From positions 1 through 64,000 of the forward strand of contig NIVC01000077.1 of assembly GCA_002269645.1 (NCBI GenBank): 64,000 nt of DNA, written 5' to 3'. Below the pieces are notes generated by a model that was not told the DNA's origin, did not search any database, and saw nothing but the letters and a program-made list of their open reading frames with translations. Positions within the stretch are counted from its first letter, which is position 1; each line of letters begins with the position of its first letter. A program made the translations under genes and the position numbers. Positions 53,104 to 64,000 of the stretch are shown piece after piece. This DNA is from Macrostomum lignano (Eukaryota).

Positions 53104-56100
53104 ATGGAGGATAACAACACCGAGTTTAAAGCGGGACACGCACCTGCTGGTAAGATTTTAGGGTCGTTTCCCTACCCTATCTATGTCGATGGTCCATGCT
53201 GCTTAGGCCTATCTTCTATTTCCATATATAGCAGGCCCAGGGCCAGGCTAAAGCTAGGAATAAGAATAATATGATATTGAAAAGGCTATGGCATGCTACT
53301 TCTATAGGTTTTTATACTTTACAATCAGAATGCCTGATTTTTTACCCAAAAATGGGTTTATTTTGCAATCATTAGGGCCTACTCTTTGCCTTTGGTGAAT
53401 ACCACTCTAGCACTCTTAACACCTTAATTGACAATGACTGGCATTGCATTGCAAATGCCAAAAATATTTCTAGCAGAATATTCAATTTTGTTGAGATGCA
53501 GAGTTGAGAAGCAAAAAAATATAATTAAATGTTATAAAACAATAAAATTAATATGATATGATATATTATCATATTAATATGATTATGATGATTATGAATA
53601 TGATTAATAATTTCTTCCAAAAGAAAGACCCATGGTTCCAGTAAGGTATCATGAACTTTTAATCATATTATTATCATATTAATATGATTATGATGATTAT
53701 GAATATCATTAATCATTTTAAAGAATATGATATTAAAGAAAGAGATAATATTAAAGAATAGACCCATGGTTCCAGTAAGGTATCACGAACTTTTAATCAT
53801 ATTTTTATCATATTAATATTATGAATATGATTAATCATATTAATCATATCATATTAATCATGGAACCATGGCCATGGGTCTATTCTTTAATATTTTCAGC
53901 CATTCCTTTTAATACAAAATTAAAAGAAATGAGTTTCCTTTCTTGCTGAGATATCAAAGCTTACAGAGGAAATAGCTAGGGTGTCAAGGCTTACAAGGGG
54001 AATTGCTAGGATGTTAAGACCTATAGGGTGATTGCTGGGATGTTGAGGCTTACAAGGGATTGTTGAGATGTCAAAGCTTACTAGGAGAGTTGCTAAGATG
54101 TCAAGGCTTGCAGCTGGGGGAATTTTTAAGGTTGATGGTCATTTCGTCTGCCGCCTTTTCGTCTGCCAATATACGATATAGTTGTTTTGTCTGCCAATAT
54201 ATATAATATTGAATATATAAATCGGAATAACTAATATGTCATCAAGCTTCGCATGGAAGTATAATGTAAATGTCTTATTAATTGTAATTTATTATAATGC
54301 TAGGATTTTTCTGAAAGTTCTGGAGCTAATATGTTGCATATAAATACACAAAGCCAGAAGCAAATATCTCCAACCATTTAGTTTCCTTCCAACTTTCTTT
54401 TTTTTTGTATATGTAAACTCATATGCAGTTTATTCACGAATACAACTAGCTTAAATGTACAAAGTGTAAAATGTAAGGAGCAATCAAAATTGTAGGCACA
54501 CACGCATCAATGCGTCGAAAGTATTATATAGGTTAGTTAGATTTTGTAGAAAATGAAGAAAAACAAAATGTATCAATATAAATAAGAAAACATACTTAAA
54601 ACTTGCTTATACTAATTTATTTTAATTCCCTACATAAAAAATACTAAATAAGTGAACCAAAATAAACATAAATAAAAAAGTCGTTTCGTCTGCTAAAATT
54701 CTTTGGCAGACGAAAAGGCGGCAGACGAAATGACCGTAGACCATTGTTAAGATGTCAAGGCTTACTGGAACCATGGGTCTATTCTTTAATATTTTCAGCC
54801 ATATTTTCATTTTCATTTTTGCACTCATCAAATGGACTGGATTGCTAGTACTTTTAACTAAAGTATAATCATAGACTATTTCATTTTCCTGTATTGAGCA
54901 CAAGAGCCTAACTAAAGGCACACCACTTTGAAATGAGTAAAAAAATATAAAGTTAACTATGGGCATAGCCAAGCAGACATTTCCAAAAGAAAGGCTGAAG
55001 GTATTATAGCACATATTCAGGGCATAAAACCTAGTGTTTTCAGTACAGGCTTGAACATAGAGGGAACATAAATATGACCTTATCCAAAGAGCTATTTTGC
55101 TTTGAATTGAATCCCCAGTTCTTTATGGATGTGATATATTGTTAAGAAGTAAATAAATGATTGTAGAAATATTACTTTATGTCAGCAAACTATATTTATA
55201 GGCACTAGCATTATCATTTAGCAACAAATAAAGCATGATTAGCAAAATGCAGCAAGCAAAAATATAGTATCACTGCATATAGCTTGACAATGCTGTCAAT
55301 GCAGCTTTGCCATTACCTCAATGAATTCAAGGAATGGCTTGAGAATAAAAATATACTGCAAGTTAAAAGCAACGAACACTAGAACAAAAATAATAATGGT
55401 ATCTATAAGTGTCTCAAATAATAGATTGGCTCAAACTGGAAAATTGGCCTTGAAGATAGCATTTAGATCAATCCTTAGCCAGCCCAAAAGTAAGAGAATA
55501 GCCACTTGGAGCTGCTCTTCTATGTCCATAAAAGATAAGTAAGCCTTACAAAATTTGAAGTTTTTAAAGCAATGCCACTTTTTGTATACTTTTAACAAAG
55601 CAGCCTTTACATTGCAAATTACAATCTTAGATGACTTCTGCAGAATATAGTTAGTAGTTTGCTTTTGGTTAATAGGCTTCTATCATCAGAGTGCATTCCT
55701 GAACAATTACCATGGGCAACTTAAATGGCCAGTACAACTCAAGCTCTTCTAGAACTGATAGCTCTTGACTAATTGGAATTATGGAATTATCATTCTTCCC
55801 ATGATCTGTGTAATGTGAAACTGGTAGTAGACTATAATTTAGTAATGCATGACATAATGCTATATGATGTGATAAAAACTTTGGTATTAAAAATGTTGCT
55901 ACCATGTCATAGTATGTTACAAATACAATCTATCCTGTATAGTTATATTCTTATTAAGTTGTATATTTATAGCAAAAGTCTTATTTTATACTTTTAATTT
56001 TGTTCTTCAATTAATACAAGAAATAAATAATTTAAATAATCTATGAAATATATAATATATAGTTCGTAGTAGGAAACACTAAATCAAGAAACATTGCTGC

Positions 56101-59100
56101 GTACATATGTTTCATTTTATAAAGCTCTACCATATAGCAACCTGGAACTTTACCTATTTAAACCTGGAAAAACCTGGAAATTGATATTGAATTTCGCTCG
56201 AATGCATTGTATTCTTCTTATCACTGCCATCCTAAGCAGCTGAAGTAGAACTGGCATTTTTGACAGCATAGCAATGCTTAGTTTATGCTTGCTCCACCTA
56301 TGCTTAGCTTGCATTTGAAGAATCAGTAGGCTTTGATGCTCAGGCAGAATTTTGCTACCAAACTCTTTAAGCTAACAACAGACTTTAACTGCCTAGAAGC
56401 GGCATCCATCAGGAGAATAGTCCTTTAGTGATGGAAATATTAATGTAATAGCTTAGCATACATAGTTGATTTCTACAGATTATAGATACAGATCATTGAT
56501 TTGCTTATATTTTACAAAAATTTGTCCATGATATACTTAATTAACTAATTGACAAATTTTGCATTTAGTTTAAAATTACAGTCTTTTGATAGTTGTTACC
56601 AAAGCCCACACAAAGCCTTGGCAAGCTTATATATTTGTAAAAGAGAATACACATTAGGCCACTTTAGCTATGCTGGCAATGTTTCTGGCTTGTCCTCCCT
56701 TTAGCAATAGTGCATTTGGGGGTCACCACGCTGATTGCAACTGAGGCAATTGGTGATTGCCTCAATCAATTGGCAATTGATAAGGCTAGGGTCACCAGTT
56801 GCTATCTCAGTACCTAGCTGCTTTTGTAACTTTTTTTCATTGTGTAGAATAATTAGAACTTATCCTCTTTGGCTAGTTCAGAGATAAGATTGTCATCATC
56901 AATGACATATCTATTGAAAGTAAAAATTTTCACTGAATGGATCTTTTCATCAGGGATTCCAAGCTTTAAACAAGCATTTTTCTTCAAATCATTAAGCAAT
57001 GATGCCACAACAAGCAACTCTTTTAGAAAAGAGCAATTCTTTCTAAGAAACTTTATGACTCTTGCATCTTTTAGCTTTGGCCAACTTCTAATTGCTTCTA
57101 TTTTAGCTTCATCAGTCCTGATTCCATTTCTTCTAATTACATGGCCTAAATATTTTAATTTGCTATGTAACAGATTGCACTTTTTTCTCTTAGTTTCAGT
57201 CCAGTATTAATCAATCTTTGAGATACATCTTTTAGGTATTCTAAATGATTTTTGAATTTCTTAGAATAGGTCACTATGCTTTCTATGTATGACATGGAAT
57301 ATTTATACTGAATGCCTGCCAATACAAGATTCAATTATCTTTGAAAAGTACCTCAGATATTAGATAAGCCCTGACCTATAACTTTGTACTTAAACTTATT
57401 TGTGTTCCTTTTTTTAAACTTGCCAAAAATCAGAATTTAGGTCAAGGCTACTAAAATATTGACTGCCTGTTAAATGCAAAATGTCTCCTGAATATTTGAT
57501 AGTGGATATAGAAAATAATTTACTCATGAATTCAACACTCTAGTCACTATTCAAATAGTACCATCCTTCTTAGATATACAATTACTAAAGGTGTTGCATA
57601 AGTTGAATAGCATGGCCTAATTAAATTTTTAGCTAACATATTGTTTAATTGAGCATTCACCTGTTTTTGGAAATGAAAAGGGATTCTTCTAGTTGGAATC
57701 CTCACAGGTGTCTTATCTTTCAATAATATCTCATGCGTGACTAACAATGTTAAGCCCATATCTAAATTGTGCTACAAAAAGGTTTCTCTAAAGCTCTATG
57801 CTCTTTTATAAGCTAAATTACTTTCTCTTTCTGCTCTGCTATCAAGGTTTCATCACTAATATTGATTTTGCTAATCCAAGTTTCACTTTGAGATTGCATT
57901 TGATTGACATATCCAGTGATTAGCTAGTTTGGTGGCACAGTTTGATCTAATTCACTAGTCATATAGGTAAGCTCTCTGGCTCTCATTGGCTTAGCTAGAT
58001 CTACTAGCAACAATTTTGGCAACTGTATTTCTACCATGCTTTAATTCACTACTTCTACTATGGCTACACCATTGCGCATAGTAACTAAGGTTGGATTCAT
58101 TTCTAATGTTTTGCTCTTAGTTCTTATACTTCCAATTCCAATAGTCTCAATAGTCATTGGCATGCCATAATTAGCTTTTGAATTCTTAGATAATCTCATG
58201 GGGATTTGTAGTGCATTCATTATAAGACAGAACAACTGCTCTCTTTTAAGTATATACTTGGCATACTCTTACTGGCAAATAAGTGTACTGCATGGGAACA
58301 CAAGTCTTCTCCTTTAGAATTAACATGCCTTTGGCTAAATGGATGCTTTCACAGTGCTCTTTAAACAATTCCATACCTAATATATTATTGCAATTATGGC
58401 TATACAAAAGAAATTCTATTTGATTTGCTAATTCAACTTTAGGTTTTGAAAAAAAATTTCCTTAATTACTTTTGGCTTTGGTTGGTGAAATTTGGGTACA
58501 AATTATTCTTTTTGTATTGATGTAAGGTTTGTAGCAGCTAATGCAGGGGTGACACATGGTGATGTAGCTAGTGCAGAGGCATAAGGTGCTGATACAGAAA
58601 AAGTAGGTGTTGATGCTAGTGCAAATGCATTATTTATAGGTACACTAACATGTGTCTTCTTTGCATTGGGACTATTTGCCTACTTTTTAAGTCAACATAA
58701 CTACTATAATTGAAGGCCTTCATTTCAAAACTACTTTTCCTAGAGGGTTGTGGCCTTCATACTCTAGTTTCCCTGCTTAGGCTAGTTTTGGGGCAAGCGG
58801 CACTGATGACTAAAACCAGGTCTTATTGAGCCAAGATACTGATAGACTGCACACTTTCCTGGTTGCAGAGCATATAAGCTAATATTGAATTGCCCCCTTG
58901 GCCTAGGCTGGAATTTGCAGCTGAAATGCTGGTGGCTGGTGAGCTGTTTATTGCAGCATCTGAGCTGGGAATGGCTGAGGCCATGCCATAGACAATGGCC
59001 TATTTGCCCTAAGTTCCTCTATCAGCTTCTGCTGTTGCTCTAGTTCACCTCTCTGCTGTTTCACTAACTTTTGGAGCTTCTTTTCATGCTTATTCGCTTT

Positions 59101-61351
59101 ATCCTTAATTATTTGTACATCTCCTTTGGCTTCAATTCACTGTAGCATTCGCCTAGATTCTTGCAAATTTACAGGTTGAGCAAAGATTAAATTTTCCCTA
59201 GTGGCAGAATTATGACTCCTTTGATGAATTTGCTTGTATCTCTTCCTTTCTCGGCTCCTTGATTGTATTCGGAAAGGCCCTAGCTGAAAATTCAATTAGT
59301 GCATTGGTGAAACCTTCAACTCATTTCTTTCCTGCATATGGCCTCTAAATTCTTCTCCAAATTCCAATGCATTTCCTATCCTACCAAATCTCTCAATCAC
59401 TTGTTCCCTAAAATCATCATACTCTAGATCTTCTAGCAGATTGAATTGCTGCATAGCAGCAAATGCCATTGCCAAGTCTAAGTTAGCTAGCAACTCCATC
59501 TTTCTATGATTCTCTTCAATGCCTTCAGCCTTGCATCTCTGATGTCACCAAGTTGTATTGGTATATTTCTTTGTCTTTGTCTTTGTCTTTGTCTTTGTCT
59601 TTAAAATTTTCTTTGTCTATAAAATCTTATTGCTCCACCAAGTTGTTATAGTTTATTTGTTCTGCCTCTAAAATTGTCTTATTGATGTTTCCAAGTTGTT
59701 CTAGGTCTACAGTTCTTAGAGTTACCCAAAGTTACTTGGTTTCTTGGAAATCTTATGGTAGCTATGAGTGCCTGAGCAGTAAGACACTGTCTAATTTAAA
59801 CTAAGTCCAAAATTATAGCATTCCCAGGGATCAAGGGTGCCCAGTGATAAGCACTAATACCTAATACTCGTACAGCTTCTGTTGCCTTTAAGGCTTTTAT
59901 CCCTACTTATATTTCTTTACAACCTCTGTCACCTTTATGGCTTTTATCCCTATTTCTGGGTCCATACAACCTGTTGCCTTTATGGCTTTTATTCCTATTT
60001 CTGGGTCTATATAACCTCTGTCGCCTTTATGGCTTTTGTCCCTGCTCTGGGTCTATACAACCTTTGTTGCCTTTGCAGCTTTTATCCCTATTTCTGGGTC
60101 TATACAACCTCTGTCGCCTTTATAGTTTTTATCCATATTTCTAAAATTAGAACCAAATAAGCAAAGACCAGCTATCAGCAGAAATTTCCTTTAGCAAAAG
60201 AGGCAAGCTAGAAGCAAACTGGGCCTTGCCACAAGTTGGCTTATTTTTGCATCAGACAAAGCCTTTATATTGTATAATAATGATATGGTGGGTAGTATAT
60301 TGTAATTGGCAGGGACAACATAAAACAAAATTTAGACAAGGATTTTAACACAAAATAAGATTTGTAACAAAAATACCATATTATAACAAATAAATTCTAT
60401 GATTGGTCAATAAATTAGTTTTGCATATAACTAGGCCTACTTATAGTAATAGAGTGGAGATTAGTTAGACCCTACTTTAATTAGTTGACATAATATCAGT
60501 TATTTCAGTCTTATGCTATGTCATAAAAATAGCTATATTAGTGAGTATGAGTATGTAGCACCAAAAGATAAAACATTTCAATGCCTATTAGCTTCAAGCA
60601 TAAAAAATATTTTCTTTTGCTAAGGCTTCTTTGGTGATTTAATAAAACCAAGACAATCAAGTCTTGTGATTAATTTTTGCTAAAGTACAAGAACAATATC
60701 TCTATAAGTCAACATAAAATTTAAATTACTTAGTATATTTTCTAAGCTCAAACTGATTAACCTGGATTATTGAAACTTAGAAAAGTAGTAACTTCTAGAG
60801 TTTTGACTGGACAAAGACTACAGCCTTTTTTTCTCTATTACATCACACAGTATTGGCTTTTACAGAAAACATATTAGGATTAAAAAAAGCAGAGTAAATT
60901 AGGTGATAAATAAAAAAAGAACTTTAGCCAGTTTTTTAGAACAGTTTATTAAAATTATTCAGCCTGACTTAATTTGAATTGCCTTAAACTTTGTAATGTG
61001 TAATAGTAGTAGAAATGATTAAAATATTTTCAAACACATTTCCAAACCTGACCAATTTGCCTTTCAAATGCAGCCAAGGTGGGCAACATGCGCGTAGCTG
61101 GTCATCGGACCCGCAACACCAGCTCTGGCTCAGGCGAGAAGCTCAGCGCTGAGGAGCTTCGCAAGCAGGAAGCTGAATATGGCACAGAAGTTGATGAGGC
61201 CAAGCAAGGCCAAGTGGTGGCTGGCAGCTTGGTTAAAGAAGACAAAGCTTTTACACCTGATGCTGTGAAAGCTTATCACGATAAGCCTGTGCCAAAGCAT
61301 GAGAAACCGCATGTTCCACCAGCTCACAATATTCACCAGCCAAGGAAGTGA
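53104..61351 (+). CDS. DAP: death-associated protein 1 (DAP1) family, 107 aa; exons 53104-53149, 61074-61351
   Basis: Spliced product MEDNNTEFKAGHAPA|AKVGNMRV...VVAGSLVKEDKAFTPDAVKAYHDKPVPKHEK...HNIHQPRK* matches the DAP1 motifs KAGHPPAVKAGGMRI and HIQQPRK. Phase-1 intron gtaaga...atgcag. Confidence 0.93.
54130..54742. mobile_element. MITE with ~40-bp TIRs and 8-bp TSD (superfamily unassigned)
   Basis: ggtcatttcgtctgccgccttttcgtctgccaa / ttggcagacgaaaaggcggcagacgaaatgacc. TSD atttttaa / attgttaa. Inserted in a degenerate gatgtcaaggcttac repeat. Confidence 0.8.
56870..59540 (-). mobile_element. decayed Ty3/Gypsy LTR retrotransposon (gag and RT remnants) in DAP1 intron
   Basis: RT N-terminus THEILLKDKTPVRIPTRRIP...LIRPCYSTYATPLVIV; degenerate YxDD (YIESIVTYS...HLE); KLREKKC...KYLGHVI...GIRTDEAKIEAIRSWP; gag-like fragment at 59296-59499. 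Many stops, and no LTR pair found. Confidence 0.8.
59885..60140. repeat. 45-47-bp degenerate minisatellite
   Basis: ttatccctatttctgggtctatacaacctctgtcgcctttatggctt-type units. Confidence 0.85.
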
Positions 61352-62699
61352 AATAGCTTCGATGCTATGTGCTAAGAGATATCATTGTTGACAAGACTCA
61401 TATTCTATTGGGTAGCTGGATTTGTGTGTCTATCCCTGTGCGACAGATTTCATTTTTTGAAGCTATGATGAAATTTGAAGTAAGTTTCTGAAGGTTTTAA
61501 TTTGAATTTTATGCAGATAAGTTTTGAAAATTCACCGGTACTTATTACCACTTTGAGTGGTACGCTCTGAGACGAAACTTACTACTGAAAGTAGAAAATT
61601 TTACCAAAATATACCAATCTTTTATAATTTACTGACCATTCTGAATTAGTTTTATTGACACTAAAACTTATCAACTAAAACAGATTTTGAATCAATCAGT
61701 CAAATAGAGCAAGAATCACATGCGACAACAATTATTAATCGTTAGGTTTTGATGTTCTTGTCCATTTTGTTGGTAAAAGCTTAAAATTGTTTCCTTTTTG
61801 GATTTCTGTTTTGCAGTCCCCTATTATTAACCCTTTTATTGGTATCTGGTCTTGTGTTGTTTTATTAATTCTTTTTTAAAGCGTTTTATTGTCTGCTGCA
61901 CAGTGAAAATTCTTTGTTTACGCTTTTTTTGTAAACTTTGTATGCTTTTGGCCTTTAGTAGCTTTCGTTTTTATTCAAAAAATTAATAATCGATATTAAG
62001 TTCCATAATTACTTATTATAATCGCTGTTATCCCCTGTGCTTTCGTCCATTACTTTAATCAAAGTGTCGAACTGGTAAATCATATTTTTCATTCTTTGCT
62101 GTCATAATTTCATTTTTTAACAATCCCAGTCTATTGAGACTGCTGCTATTTAAAGTACCCCCACTTAGTATGTACTTTTCCAATAGCATTATAGTACACT
62201 GTAACAAATAAGATTATTGTGATAGAAGCTAAAATAGTTTTGATTTCAACCCCACGCTTCATTACCTTACGTCTGTCACATTTGATTGACGTTATGAATT
62301 GTTTTTTTTAGGTTTCTGGTGTTCTATGTCTTTGTCGAATTTGAGCTGATGCTGTTGACCCCGGAGATTCAGTATTGAGATCTTTTTGGCCGGGGATTCA
62401 AGGGCTAAACTTTTATTTTGAAGCTTATTTTTCAGGTTCTTGTGGTAACTGGATTTTTGACGTGGCGTCTGAAACATTCTTCGCTACTGATAGTTTTTGC
62501 TTTGGCTAATAATAAAGTAGTAAAAAATATAAATACCGCTGATAATTAAAAGTCTGTCGGTATATCCATTTTCCTGATTCAAATATCAGCAATAAACCTC
62601 ATTTTTTCTAAAATTTAGGACTGCTACTGAAGTACTATGATAGGAACTTCAATTGCGAGATCGAATATTTTAATTTTCGATCTTTCAATCTTTTGAAAT

Positions 62700-63870
62700 C
62701 CCGAGGTTTTTCTAAGAATCCAGGCCCTATACCTTGTCATTCTCGCTCGTTTTCCAAGAATACAGGCCCTATACCTCGCCATTCTCACTCGTTTTCTAAG
62801 AATACAGGCCCTAAACCTCGCCATTCTCACTCGTTTTCTAAGAATACAGGTCCTATACCTTGTTATTCTCACTTGTTTTCTAAGAATCCAGGCCCTAAAC
62901 CTCGCCATTCTCGCTCGTTTTCCAAGAATACAGGCCCTATACCTTGTCATTCTCGCTCGTTTTCCAAGAATACAGGCCCTATACCTTGTCATTCTCACTC
63001 GTTTTCTAAGAATACATGCCCTATACCTTGTCATTCTCGCTCGTTTTCCAAGAATACAGGCCCTATATCTCGTCATTCTCACTCGATTTCTAAGAATACA
63101 GGCCCTATACCTTGTCATTCTCACTCGTTTTCTAAGAATACATGCCCTATACCTTGTCATTCTCGCTCGATTTCTAAGAATAGCTCGTACAGGCCCTATA
63201 TCTTGTCATTCTCGCTCGATTTCTAAGAATAGCTCGTACAGGCCCTATATCTTGTCATTCTCGCTCGATTTCTAAGAATAGCTCGTACAGGCCCTATACC
63301 TTGTTACTCTCGCTCGATTTCTAAGAATATAGGCCCTATGCTTTGTCATTCTCACTCGTTTTCTAAGAATACATGCCCTATACCTTGTCATTCTCGCTCG
63401 ATTTCTAAGAATAGCTCGTACAGGCCCTATATCTTGTCATTCTCGCTCGATTTCTAAGAATAGCTCGTACAGGCCCTATACCTTGTTACTCTCGCTCGAT
63501 TTCTAAGAATATAGGCCCTATGCTTTGTCATTCTTACTCGTTTTCTAAGAATACAGGCCCTATGTCTTGTCATTCTCGCTCGATTTCTAAGAATAGCTCG
63601 TACAGGCCCTATACCTTGTTACTCTCGCTCGATTTCTAAGAATATAGGCCCTATGCTTTGTCATTCTTACTCGTTTTCTAAGAATACAGGCCCTATGTCT
63701 TGTCATTCTCGCTCGATTTCTAAGAATAGCTCGTACAGGCCCTATACCTTGTTACTCTCGCTCGATTTCTAAGAATATAGGCCCTATGCTTTGTCATTCT
63801 TACTCGTTTTCTAAGAATACAGGCCCTATGTCTTGTCATTCTTACTCAATTTCTTAGGATCCAGGCCCTG
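62700..63870. repeat. 42/49-bp minisatellite with higher-order structure
   Basis: ccctataccttgtcattctcgctcgttttccaagaatacagg (42 bp); later units carry a 7-bp gctcgta insert. Confidence 0.95.
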
Positions 63871-64000
63871 TACCTGGATTATTGCACTTTTGTCCTAGAA
63901 TTTAAGCAGCGTTTTTCCTCCAGTTTCCATTGTTTATATATTAAGAACTGTATTATGGGACTAATGAGCGATTCTCATTGCAGCCAGAGGCAAGTAAGCG

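Overview
Eukaryotic genomic DNA with GT-AG introns, GC/CpG-rich exons and AT-rich, repeat-filled introns. The host is probably an invertebrate; the small WSC/PAN genes and short introns suggest a Macrostomum-like flatworm, but that is inference only. Splicing exons by hand with phase checks gives eight protein-coding genes. (1) A RUN-domain (RUSC/UNC-14-like) gene on the minus strand. (2) A ~1450-aa DUF4062-NACHT/STAND-TPR (TTC41/NPHP3-like) gene on the plus strand with 14 coding exons, whose introns hold (3) an antisense orphan class-A GPCR and (4) an antisense WSC+PAN-like gene. (5, 6) Two further WSC+PAN-like paralogs. (7) A complete equilibrative nucleoside transporter (SLC29). (8) A DAP1 gene split by a 7.9-kb intron. 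The rest is a dead RTE-like LINE, a decayed Ty3/Gypsy element, SINEs, several MITE families and about a dozen unrelated mini/microsatellite arrays, including ~1.27 kb of nearly pure (GATA)n. Most long ORFs in the supplied track are repeat artefacts. The most notable observations are the three-member secreted WSC-PAN family with a conserved spare cysteine, the STAND-TPR host gene with two nested antisense genes, and a clear CpG-deamination footprint seen in older transposon copies. No prokaryotic system, CRISPR array, rRNA or intact tRNA gene was found.
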